Below, piece by piece: positions 13,383-47,676 of a DNA stretch of 64,000 nucleotides. Position 1 is the first letter of the stretch. Each line of letters starts with the position of its first letter. The notes beneath the pieces are model-generated. The model was not told where the DNA came from. It saw only the letters and a list, made by a program, of their open reading frames with translations, and ran no database searches. Origin of the DNA: Amoebidium appalachense (Eukaryota > Protista > Ichthyosporea); contig CAVNZM010000013.1 in assembly GCA_963693365.1 (NCBI GenBank), positions 6,066,640-6,130,639 of the forward strand, read 5' to 3'. Position numbers and translations under genes: made by a program.

Positions 13383-14684
13383 CTTTTTTGAATTTGAAAT
13401 GGGGGGATGGGCAGTAGTAAGTATTGAGGTCCCCCCCTGGTGGTGGGTTCCCCCCCCCCTGTGGGGGGGTGGGGTGGGGGGGGGGGGGGGGGGGGGGGGC
13501 GAGGGGCAGGAGGGACCCACCTGCTCGAGGGGGGTGGTTGATCCCCCCTTCCCCCCCCCCTTCCCCCCCCCCTCCCCCCTCCCCGCGCGTGGGGAGTCCG
13601 AAGGGAGCTCGAGCCTCCCTGCCGGTCGCTCCTGCGCAACCCCAGGCCTCTCAATGTTTCTGGGAGGCCCGCCTCCTCCTCTCCCCCCCCCCCCCCTCGC
13701 CCCGTCCCCCCCCTCACCCCCTCCCTCCCTCCCCTCTCATCCACCATCATCACCGACATTATATTTTAGTTTGTACTTCTTTCCTTCGTGATGAGGGCAG
13801 AGCTATCATGCACAACATGTCACTGGGAGTGTGTTTCTGCAACTAAAGTATTGTGTCATGTAGACGTCACCCAGGGACCGTAGCGTGTGTGTATGTTTCC
13901 GTAATGTGGGAGAGCTTTCGGCACTGCTAATATCACTGTAGTGGCCTGACAGCGTGTGAGTAAACGTCGTGCCACATGTGCAAGCTGTATGGACCCAATG
14001 CTCTTATCATGTGCGAAAATACATGGCATTTCACGTGTCACGGTGCCAGAGAAGAGGGTGTGTGCACATGTGTGGTGCATGTGTGTGTCTCAGCTGTATG
14101 TGTTCGTCGGTGTGTGTGTTTGTGTGTGTGTGCGCGTGTGTTGCTACATGTGTGTGTATGTCAGTGATTGTGAGTCTATTAAATTCCTGGCACAAATTTA
14201 ATATGCATGTGCCTTCCGTGGCATGTGTGTTTGCATGGCCGCAGTATGTGTGTGTGTGTTTCTGTTGTTGGTGATGATGCATGCATGATGATGCATGATG
14301 CATGGATGAAGTTGCGCCAGACAAATAAGGGGGCATAGAGAGGGGAGGTCCCCGCGTTCCCGGCTCTGGGGGGGGGGGGGGGGGGGGGGGGAATGCCTAG
14401 CTTGCCTAGCTAGTAAGCAGGTCGACCATTGACCCAGGGCCTGATAACTGATGCCAATTACTACTGTAGAGGATATCGATGTAGAGAAGGTGCTAATGAG
14501 CTAATGCCATCATGTTTCCAAGTTGATATCTAATATATACACTGATCATTAAGTTAAGTCATTTTTGGGTAGGTCCCCTGAGTGGTAGTGGGTCCCCCCC
14601 CCCTCTCCCCCCTCCCTCCACCAGCTAGCGGAGAGGTGGTGGGTGGGTGGGTGGGGGGGACCTACCCCTTCGGGGGGGTGGTGG

Positions 14685-14736
<52 letters not shown>

Positions 14737-14778
14737 CAACTTAATACGACTCCCTTCCGCGTTTCAAAATCAAAAAAG
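13383..14778. mobile_element. Possible degenerate non-autonomous TIR element (~1.4 kb)
   Basis: cttttttgaatttgaaa (13383-13399) matches the reverse complement of 14762-14778 at 16/17 positions, with weaker similarity continuing inward. No clear TSD and no transposase. Confidence 0.4.
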
Positions 14779-15131
14779 ACACAATGGTGCACACTCAGTG
14801 ACCGTGGCATGTTGGTGTACGTTGTAGACTTCTAGATGCATGCTGAAAGTATTTCCTCGGAGTGTGTGCGTGTGTTTATTTGTATAGACGTAGGTGTGGT
14901 TGCCAGTGTGTCGCAGCATGAGTGTGTGTGCGCGTGCAGCTACAGGTGTGTCTGTTTTATCTGTAACCCTTATGTGTGTTGGTAAGTCACTCAAGGCACT
15001 TTGGATACGTACGTGTGTGCCATCGAATTGAGTGGCGCACAAGGTACGGGTGCATCTGCATGTGCGTGCGCGCAGGTGTGCGTGTACTGAGGCTCATGTG
15101 TTTGTGATATATGTGTAGATAGGTGTGAAAA

Positions 15132-15206
<75 letters not shown>

Positions 15207-15313
15207 GCGTGCGTGTGTGTGTGTGTGCGCGTGTGTATTGAAGGGGTGGGTGCCCCCCCCCCCCACCGGCCCCTTCCCCTCCGCCCCCCTCTCCCCCCCC
15301 TCCCCTTCCCCCC

Positions 15314-15344
<31 letters not shown>

Positions 15345-15960
15345 AAAAAAAAAAAGGAAAAGGAAAAAAAAATTGCTACCCTCCCAAGCCTCTCTCCCAC
15401 GCACTTACACAGGAAAATGCATCGCAAATCTAGCAGCTGCGGTGGAGAATGAATGCCCAAGTTTACTTACCATCCGCACACAACACCTTGCGTCAAATGC
15501 TGCCATGTGCATTAGCCATGTGGACGGTTGTACATGTATGTGCACATGTGCATGCTGCATGCGCATGTGCAAGTGCATGCACATGTGCTTTAAGGTGTGC
15601 AAGGGCGTGTGCGTGTGCGTGTGCGTGTGCGTGTGCATGTGCCCGAGCGATGTGCACATGCATGTGCATTGGCGTGTCCATGTCCATGTGCATGTGCATG
15701 GGCATGTGCGCGTGATGTGAACGATGTGCCTATGATGTGCGTCACCAACACATATTCAGCAATTTATCCACAGTGCACAGGTGCACACTCGACTGAGACA
15801 GACACGTGGAAGCAGGAACACAGACCGTCTCACTTACACACGTGTAAGCAATCGAGTGGCTGAGGTACTGGGGCAGCCCGGCCTGCCCGGGCCACCTGCC
15901 ATATATGGGCAGCAATAAACAAAAGATTCGGCGCGCGAGTTCCTAACATTCCTCTCCAAC

Positions 15961-16320
15961 TGAGTCGCTTCGCGTTGATCTAAAGATCTAAATACTTGGC
16001 GAATTTAGAGAACCAATGTCGTTCTCTAAATATCTAAAAGTCTGCTCGATTCGCGTAGCGTAGATCGCAATTCTATTGGATCAGAGATATTAGGCGATCC
16101 CAGGCGAGTTCCAAGGACCAATCGTCTTATCCCAGACATCTGGAAGACCCCCCCCCCCCCCCCCCCCCCCTCTTCCAGGAATCCAGATGCGCCCGGTCGA
16201 AATCAATCTAGATTTTATGCAAACTTTAACAATTTAACAGATCGATCGGATTGCGAAAGTTTTATACGTAAATTCAATAATCTAGATATTTAGATATTTA
16301 GATCAACGCGAAGCGGCTCA
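15961..16320. mobile_element. MITE-like element (360 bp) with 34-bp terminal inverted repeats
   Basis: TGAGTCGCTTCGCGTTGATCTAAAGATCTAAATA (15961-15994) matches the reverse complement of 16287-16320 at 32/34 positions. The interior is AT-rich and non-coding with a TTTAGAGAAC..GTTCTCTAAA hairpin. No obvious TSD. Confidence 0.8.
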
Positions 16321-16442
16321 CTTCACACATCCCTTCCATTTCCGTGACAGTCTTACAGTCACTCACACACACACACACACTCCTGCGCGGAACAGCAAAG
16401 GCCACCATTCTCCAATCTTGCCCTCCCTCCGTGCGTGCCACC

Positions 16443-21018
<4,576 letters not shown>

Positions 21019-21113
21019 CCAATCATTGTATATGTAGAGCACACGTTTTCACTATTGGCGCGTGTGTGCACATACAGATACATGGACGCACGCGCACATC
21101 ACGCACGCGCGCG

Positions 21114-21191
<78 letters not shown>

Positions 21192-22314
21192 CACACATGT
21201 CCCCGGGGTCCACACACAACATACACATTCTTTGACAAGCGTACACACGTGCAGACACACAGCCACGCTACAGGCACACTAACACAAGCATGCACACATG
21301 TCGCGCATGATGCACGAAGATACAAGCTCGGAGCCACATCAACCTCTAGTAAGAGAAGGCAGTATGTAGTACATATAACCTAAAACAGCGTGTACATAGC
21401 ATGTATATGTATATTCGTATGTAGGGGACCGGCATAATGCATCTTTTGGTGCAATGCAGGCACCATGTTTCCCCATGCTTGTTTTTCTAGTTTAGACCTA
21501 TCATTTAATCTACCTCATCCGCACCATCACCAGTGGTATTCGAATGATATGTCGGCCACCCCAGAGTCATGATGGCCTTGCACGGCCAAAAAAAATGTCT
21601 GTTTCTGGTACAAATGATGAGAATTCGTCAAGGGGCATTAAATCGAAACGGCCACGTGCACACATGCTGCCGCTACATCATGTGGTGACACTGTACATGT
21701 ACCTCCAGCCCACCGTATGTACTGGGGACAGGCCCATTGTACCTCACCGGTTTGACTTCCATTATTGACCCCCCTCCCCCCCCCCCCCCCTCCCCTCCCC
21801 CCCCCCCCCCCGCCGCACCACGTGCACCGCCGCACGCACACGCACAGACAGTGTCACACACACACATGCACACACACACACACATGTACACACACACACC
21901 GCGCTGTACACCGTGGCATCGCCACCCAATCCAACGTACTTGTAGTCACCGTGACTAACTCACACACATGTACATAAACACACTTGCACACACCGACACA
22001 ATTAATTTATCTGTAGGTTCGCGTGTACACACACGTGTACATACAAAAAACTCATGCGCGTGCACGCACACAACATACACAGTCACGCATATATACACAC
22101 ATGCACACACATGTAATGATGTACACAATACGTCGGCGTATACTCACACACACAGTGCACTACAACTGCAGTGCCACCTCTTTTGTATGCACAAAATCAT
22201 GGACTGGGCCCTTGCGGACCTCCGCATTCACGCACTGGCAAGCTCCCAAACACCGCAATACATAGGGCCTGGCATACAGCTGTTCCGTTCAAAGTTTTAT
22301 ACATGTACATGAGT

Positions 22315-22372
22315 GCCAACTTGAATTCAGTAGGCGGAGTTGAGCCAACTTGAATTCAGTAGGCGAAGTTGA
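22315..22372. repeat. 29-bp tandem duplication
   Basis: gccaacttgaattcagtaggcg(g/a)agttga x2, downstream of the orphan gene. Confidence 0.9.
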
Positions 22373-22768
22373 GTGCCCCGTAGGCGTGTCTTGGGAGTCC
22401 GAGACACGCACGACAACCATGGGATCCACACACTGAGCCACAGTACCGTGAGATATGCAGGCATGTGTTGAGCAACTATTGATGGTTGAGTCAGCGCTCA
22501 TAAATGTATTCAAGTGCCTAAAAAGGCACCTTATATATGCGTTGGGGTTGAATCAGCAATCATCAACGTGTTTGTCTGGCCGCCTCTGCACAGCAGGGCC
22601 CACCTGGTTCATTATCATACCATGTCAAATCATTACATACGTCAGCGGTCATTGATCAAACACAGGCACCATGGCCCACGGTTCAAATGAACATATATCA
22701 CCATACATGCTATCTACACATACATACCAGCCATGTACAAATCTACTACTCTAAACCTTCATAGTTGC

Positions 22769-24079
22769 CTAATCGGTGGCCCACGGCCTCCAGGGCACGT
22801 GGAATGGTGTTCTCGTCCCATTTGAAGAGCAGGCGTGGGGGTTGGCATAGGGGTGGTGCCGCACGTTGCCGGCAATGGGTGGGGGGCTGCTGGTGTGGCT
22901 AAGTGACGTACGTGACAAAACAGCACTTGGGCCGTGAAAGTTTCTGCCACCGTGCACCTCGTAGGCCGATGCTGTGCCCGGGGACACCACCGAGGAATCT
23001 GATGCCAGGGACAGGGTCGGGGACACGGGGGGGCTGGGGCTGGGCCATGCTGGCCATTTTGGCTGCTTGGAGCCTGCCAGCTGCAGCAGGGCCATGGCCA
23101 CACTAGCATCGTCCGTGCGCTGCCGCCCAACCACGGCCTGGTGATTGAGCCAGCTGGCTGGCACACCCTGCTCCAATCGCGATGGGCAGCTTGCCGGCAG
23201 CATAGCCGAATCGCAGGGTGGCTGGTTGCCGACTGGCACGGCCACAGCAGCAGATTCAGGCCGAGGGCAGGCCGGCTCACTGGCCTTGCGGCTGCGAGCA
23301 GCAAGCGGAGCGGCAGGGGTATCCGAAACCTTGCATGCCGGGCTGAGGCCCATGCGGGAGAGCGGGCGCACAGCGGGGCAGCACGCCTTCTTGTGCACGC
23401 CCCAGTGTGTGTCGATCTCCACTTGCAGCCCCACAAAGTCGTCCGCCTGCGCCTGCAGCTGCAGCGCCCCAGTACCCTCTCCGTCCTCAATGATAAAACC
23501 ATACCCGGGGGGCATGGACTTGGTTAGGGTGCCGGCGTGGCAGCGCATGTAGATGGCCGCCACCACGGCCACAATCTCGTGGCGCTTGGGCTTCCACAGC
23601 TCAAGCGTGCGCTCCCGGGCATCCTTGATGGTCATGGTCATGCGTCCCCATGCAAACAGTGGCACGTGCCGCAAGTCGTCCTTGTGCACTACCATCCGCC
23701 GGAGTGCTGCTGCAATGCGTTCCTCATGGTGCACCATGTCCCCAATGCTCCCGTACACGGAGAACCCATAGCCCGTGGATGTGGTCCGGAACATGGGTCC
23801 CCTCTCTGCTGCCGGAGGGCTGCCTACGGGCATCATCATAGCTGGCGATCCCGTGGGACTTGGTGTCTGGCTGCTGGCGTAGCTCTGCAGTGACATGCGC
23901 CTGCAGCCATCGCCTGAGTAGTCGCCGGGGGATTTGGATGAGGCTGCACTGGTGACGGCGCTGTGATAAGCGGCTAGGGGGTTGGGCATGGTCAGCACGC
24001 CGTGGTCGGGGGGATGGCTATGCCCCAGCCAGTGGGGTATGTGTGTGGGGCGGAGGCTAATGTCGGCCGATGGCGCCAT
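22769..24079 (-). CDS. Intronless orphan protein (~436 aa), putative transcriptional regulator; unrecognised central globular domain between S/P-rich disordered regions
   Basis: Long repeat-free ORF with GC-rich third codon positions; first ATG at 24079 (the track starts at a GTG). Motifs DDASVAMALLQLA, RHHPY and near-terminal WRPW. Confidence 0.8.
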   Translation of the reverse strand: MAPSADISLRPTHIPHWLGHSHPPDHGVLTMPNPLAAYHSAVTSAASSKSPGDYSGDGCRRMSLQSYASSQTPSPTGSPAMMMPVGSPPAAERGPMFRTTSTGYGFSVYGSIGDMVHHEERIAAALRRMVVHKDDLRHVPLFAWGRMTMTIKDARERTLELWKPKRHEIVAVVAAIYMRCHAGTLTKSMPPGYGFIIEDGEGTGALQLQAQADDFVGLQVEIDTHWGVHKKACCPAVRPLSRMGLSPACKVSDTPAAPLAARSRKASEPACPRPESAAVAVPVGNQPPCDSAMLPASCPSRLEQGVPASWLNHQAVVGRQRTDDASVAMALLQLAGSKQPKWPAWPSPSPPVSPTLSLASDSSVVSPGTASAYEVHGGRNFHGPSAVLSRTSLSHTSSPPPIAGNVRHHPYANPHACSSNGTRTPFHVPWRPWATD

Positions 24080-24299
24080 GGGGCTGATTTGCGGTAATTG
24101 CTTGGTATCGACTCCACATGGCACACTGCCGGTCGCAAATCAAGAGCAAATATCGGATTCCGGCAGCCAGTGTGTTCGGAGTGCACGGAACGTCAGGCCG
24201 TGCAAGCTGTGGAGCAACAGACACACCAACACCCAGCTTGCGAAGCAAGTGACGAAAATGTGAAACTACGGTCGTTGCACATTAATTAATGGCTAAGCC

Positions 24300-25400
24300 G
24301 TTGGGAGTGAGAGTGGGAGGGACAAAACATCAAATATCGAAAAAGAAAACACCGGACGGGGGAGAAAAAAAAAGAGAGAGGGAGAGAAAAAAAGAAAAAA
24401 TCAAAATTTTCTAGGAAAGTTTCAGATATAGCGGTGCAAAAAACTGCGCTTAACTGCCAACTAAAAATGACGAGTATTTTGGCGCACGTCACCGTGCTGT
24501 TGCGAGTCGAGTCAAGAGAAGCGCAAAATGAATTGATGCCGCATAGGCCGTTGATTCTCTCGTCACTGCACTTCTGGGGCCGGGTGGCGGTTTTATACAA
24601 GCAGTGGATCAGAAAATCCATCGCTGTGATTTGCGTGCCATCTGATTGGCTTCAAAGGTCCCTAGACCAAGATCTAGGGGGCCGCGATGAGAGAACATGA
24701 CGTGATTTTTGAATTTGGTCCGAACGACGATGTATGTAAACAATGACATCGAAACTCGTGATCCTGCGATAAGCAGCAGGAATGAAAGACTGAAAAATAA
24801 GGAAGCATAAGTTGATATATTTTGCGATGTATATGTGAAAAAACAATAAAAAGAGCCCCCTTTTCATGCATCACGCGTTGTTGTCAAGTTACAACATTGA
24901 TGTCAACGTGCACGACTGGCACGCGCTATTGGTAAAAGCGCTGATTGGTCGGTGCGTATGGGTATTGTAGCCAATCGACGAGTCGCTATACGACGCAGGA
25001 ATGCATTGCGAAGACATCGGCACATTCCGTGTCTGAAAAGCACACGTGCCTACAGACACTTCTACATGTAGTGTATGCGAATGTGTGCATCTGACGGAAA
25101 TTATTGCTGTATACTAGAAAAGAACAAAAAAATAGCCAAATTCAATACAACCGAGCCTTTGTACGTATGAAAAGCCGCCACCGCGGTCCACCGGAACAGG
25201 TGCGGCGTGAGACTGACCGTTTATTTCCACGTGATCTTATCACCTACTATCCCATGACGCATCGCATCACATCATCACGCGGGCCCACAGCCGTTCAGTG
25301 AGGTTATCGCGGCTCATCTCAACGATACACGTTCGCAAGGGGAAAACAGGGGCCACGCCGGAAGCACAAGTGAGCGCAGCGTCGACTGACAGACATGGCG
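24300..25400. promoter_or_regulatory. CpG-rich, repeat-poor upstream region of the orphan gene with clustered CCAAT boxes, E-boxes and a CRE-like site
   Basis: ATTGG/CCAAT near 24644, 24927, 24943, 24971; CACGTG near 25044 and 25228; TGACGT near 24698. Confidence 0.45.
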
Positions 25401-26074
25401 TGCATTCTGTGTGCACTCAGACGGGATATGGTGGTGGCCAAATAAAAAAGAAAGACAGCGAAGGGAGATAGTTATTCGGTAAAGGACTGGTGATCATGAC
25501 ATGAGGGAAAGAGGAGGAGTAAGGGAGAGGGGCGGGAGGAGGAGGGATGGGGGGGGGGGGGGTTGAATGCGTAACACGGTACGAAGTACACATACACGAT
25601 GAGAAGCATGGTGCAGGACACATGTAAAGGCAAACATTCAAGAATGCAATATCAGGGAGGTTACAAAGAGAGGTTCATATTGGGTGGTATAGTTCGACCT
25701 GCAAATACAAACTACAAATACAGAGCCTTGTCATTCATGTTGGAAGGTGCTGTGCTTGTGAAGGTTGGAGGGAACAGTGCTTGGGTAGAGGGGGTCCCGG
25801 GGGGAAGGGGGGAGGGGGCACGGTGGGTTCGGGGCAAGGGAGAGAGAGAGGGAGGGGGGGGGGGGGGGGGGGGGGGGGGGTGTGGGGGGAGAGAGAGAGC
25901 GAGAGAAATTCTCGGAGACGGAGGAGGGAGACAGAGAATGTGAGAGAGGCAAAAGCAGAGATCCATGTGGTGGGTATTGTAGCATGCTTTTGCGTGAGCC
26001 GGAATGAGAAGGCAAAGAAACGATGGACTCGGCTGGGGCATAAGTTGGTGGTGGTGGTATTGGTGTATGTGTGC

Positions 26075-26107
<33 letters not shown>

Positions 26108-26224
26108 GTGGTAGCGTGGTGGTGTGTGTGTGTATGTGTGTGTGCCGTGTCCTTTTTCGAAGAGGGACAGTGCTTACCTGTGCACCAGTGTTGCAAACCA
26201 CGAATGGCGGCAAGGTGAAGCTAT

Positions 26225-26874
26225 TCAGTCCCGCCGGCTCCGTTTCCTGCTCCGGGACTTGTGGCTGGCTCGGGACTCCTGCACAGATTGCTATCAAAGA
26301 GCATCGGGCCAGCTTCATGCTTCTATGCACGACATGCATGGGGTGAAGTGGGAATGGGAGCATTCGAAATGTGGATGCAGGGTAGTGTGGTGCAGTTGAC
26401 TGTGAGCATGCTCATGTGTGTGACAGTGTCGTATCTGCCTCAACCCAGTTGGTCAACACGACCACCAGCCAGAGTATACAAGCCCAGCCCCGAAGTCAAC
26501 CTTTGCCCTAAACAACAGCCCCCTCCTTCATAAACGCACAGACGTGCAGTTAAAATAAACCACTTGTGTGTCCCTTATCACCATCATAATTTGTACCCAG
26601 TAAAGAAGAGGTTTTGTTCCCTCCCTCCTCCCCCCCTTTCCCCCGGAGCCCCCTCTCTCTATACACACCCAAACATATGGCAGCACTACCTATACAAGTC
26701 AGTTGTTCTACTTAAACTAGTGTGTTGTGTATATGTGTATTGTGTGTGTGTGTGTGTGTGGTTTTACCTCTGCCTCGTGTTCGGCCATGGCTGCCCTCCA
26801 ACTGTGTCTGCGCTGCTCCAAATATCTGCAGGTGCAAACAATCAGCAGCCAGTCCCCCTCCCCCCTCCCCTCCT

Positions 26875-26923
<49 letters not shown>

Positions 26924-27680
26924 CCGCCGCGACCCCCAAGCAAACATACTCTGCCAGGCGCGTGTCCTGCTCGTCCTGCCAGTGTGCCGTGCGGGGCAGA
27001 CCGTGCTGTGCCCTCAGCAGGTCCACAGCCTCCTTGGCCCCCTGCAGGCCCCCAGCCACCCGCTGCTGCTGCTGCCCCACCAGCTGCTGCTGCTCCCTGC
27101 TCAGTGCCTGCAGCGCCCCCTCCACCTGCACACCCCACACCTCAGCACCTCCCCCCCCCCCCCCCCCCCCCCCCCCCTGCACGTACCGTCTGCAGGTCCG
27201 TGTGTGTGTCGTGCAGGGCACGGAGACAATCCTCCTTCTCTGCAGCAAGGGCAGCCAGCTCCTTGCGGTATTCCTCCACCACACTGCCCTCGGCACTCAG
27301 CAGGGAGCACTGGTGGGCCAGTGACCTCTGCAGCTGTGTCAGCCGCTGCAGCTTGGGCCTGCACCATATATGGTTCGTGAGAAATGTCAAATGAGGTAGC
27401 TGTACGTGGCATGCAACAGCTCCTACAAATTGGTACACACGAGCTGGTAGGGAGAAGGGGGGGGGGGGGGGGAGGGGGGAGGGGGGAGGGCGGGATCCAA
27501 GGTAAGCAGCTATAATCACTGTGGGCTGACGTGGTTCCAGACAAGGAAGAACACCCTGCACAGCAACCCCCAGCTGGTGTGCACCCTCTACCTACACCAG
27601 TCACCAACAGCAAGGACATAGCTTGCGCTAGACCCGTGCACACAGAACACACAGACAGGGGATAAAGCCTAGGCAAAAGG

Positions 27681-27711
<31 letters not shown>

Positions 27712-27835
27712 TCCCCCTCTCCCCTCTCTAACCCTGCCATCTCTCTCTCTGTCCCCCCCTCTCTTCCACTCTCTCTCTCCGCCTCTCTATGTTTGTCTCT
27801 CTTTCCCTCTCCCCTCTCCGCTCCCTGTCGCTCTT

Positions 27836-27899
<64 letters not shown>

Positions 27900-28445
27900 C
27901 CCCCCCCACCCACCCATCTTCCTCTTTCTATCCCTCCCCCCTCCCCCCAGCCCCCTGCTTCAGCCCGTTGCCCCCGCCTTCTCATCCCTGCGCCCCGATT
28001 TTATAAATGTGTTGAGTTTCCGGAAATTCCTGTAGGTGTGCTTTCTAATGATCATAGGGCGTAGCTGCAAAGGCCCGCTGGTGCACAGGACAGAACTAAG
28101 GCTGGTTTAGGGCAGCCACACCGCCTGAAGACAGCCAGACACGTATACGGCGTCTGGGCACAGGAGCCAGACAGGAAACAGGAAGGAGGGAGGCCGGGGG
28201 GAAGGAAGGGAAGGGGGTGAGAGGAGGGGGGGGAAGAAAAAGGGGGGGGTGGGGGGAGAGAGAGGGGGCGGTGGGGGGGGGGGGAAGGGAGGGGGGGGGG
28301 GGGGGGGGGGGAGAGGGGGGAGGGGAAGGGGGTATGTGTGTACTTACGCAAGACCCTTGAGTGCGGCCAAGCGGGCCAGCAGTACCGTGGGTTCGGTCAG
28401 TGGCTGCCCATCTGAAGAAGGGGAGGGACTAGTGGGAGCACTCAT
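26225..28445 (-). CDS. ZC4H2: ZC4H2-like coiled-coil protein; exons 28445-28348, 27358-27187, 27125-26950, 26825-26768, 26278-26225
   Basis: Spliced product LLARLAALKGLAPKLQRL...EEYRKELAALAAEKEDCLRALHDTHTDLQTVEGAL...KEAVDLLRAQHGLPR...EYLEQRRHSW...KSRSRKRSRRD* parallels the recalled ZC4H2 sequence (EYKQEMDLLLQEK...IHADINVME...VDALRMTLGL...KSRSR). All junctions are GT-AG and in phase. Confidence 0.8.
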
Positions 28446-28763
28446 GGCGGAGAAGGCGGCACAGAATCCGCGTTTAGGTGTACGCGTGCGAGTGTGCTCG
28501 TTCACTTCTGTGTCGTGCGTGTCAACTGCGGGTACAGTGTATAGCCTCTCAGTTCGCTGCTACTCATTTCTTGGTCAAGTCAACTGCACAGCTGCAGCCA
28601 GGCTGTGCAGCCCCGTGACGAAACCTCGGGTGTCGAAACCTCGGGTGTCGAAACCTCGGGTGTTCCGGATCAGGCCCGACCAGCCCCGTCACACCCAAGG
28701 CTGTAAAAACCTAAGCATTGACCCAGTCTCGCCAGCACCGCACACCGGGCAGCCAGAGGGGTA
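28446..28763. promoter_or_regulatory. Probable bidirectional promoter (318 bp) between the ZC4H2-like gene and POT1, with a perfect 3x15-bp repeat
   Basis: Divergent ATGs at 28445 (-) and 28764 (+); cgaaacctcgggtgt x3 at 28619-28663; CpG-rich. Confidence 0.65.
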
Positions 28764-38852
<10,089 letters not shown>

Positions 38853-39452
38853 TCCCTGCACTGGCTTTGTTCATGTTCCTTTAAGGTGGTGTGGACACAG
38901 CACCGGCCAGGGTTTCATATCTCTTTAAGTCGGTGGACAAAGCCCCCGCAAACATGTTGGTGGGCACATAGCTCCGTCATTCATATTTTCTTTAATGTGG
39001 TGGACACATCGCCCCCGGCATTCATATGCTCTTTTAAGGTGCTGGGCACATTGCCCCTGCTTCCCAGGATCTACATTACTTTAAGCCGGTGGATTCGGTG
39101 CTGCTGGATACATAATGGCGGTGCTCCCCACACTCATAAGGGTTTATAAACCCTGCCCCTCAGGCTTCTAGTTACATGTTTGCGTTGTGTATTTTTTAAG
39201 GGGGCATGGATGAGTAAAGGTCATTCGTTCCTTGAAAAACACATGTATTCCAGCTGCATACCACACTAGGTGATTTAATTAGCATTTACAACACCATTTC
39301 GTACATTTTATCTATCCATATGGTTGTCTCAGTTGGGTGTAATAGTCATTCCAAGGTAATAATTTTTAGATCCATATCGTTCATTCATGCCTAGAATATG
39401 GTACTATTAAGGTTCCACATTGTGTAGATATGAAGATGCCATGTATAGCCGG

Positions 39453-47676
<8,224 letters not shown>

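Noticed and set aside
15305-15370. C(n)-A(n) junctions (also ~40700-40770, ~44483-44532, ~54517-54551) as retroposon poly(A) tails
   Set aside because: No shared upstream body or TSD; may be consensus artefacts in CA-rich DNA, so raw reads are needed.
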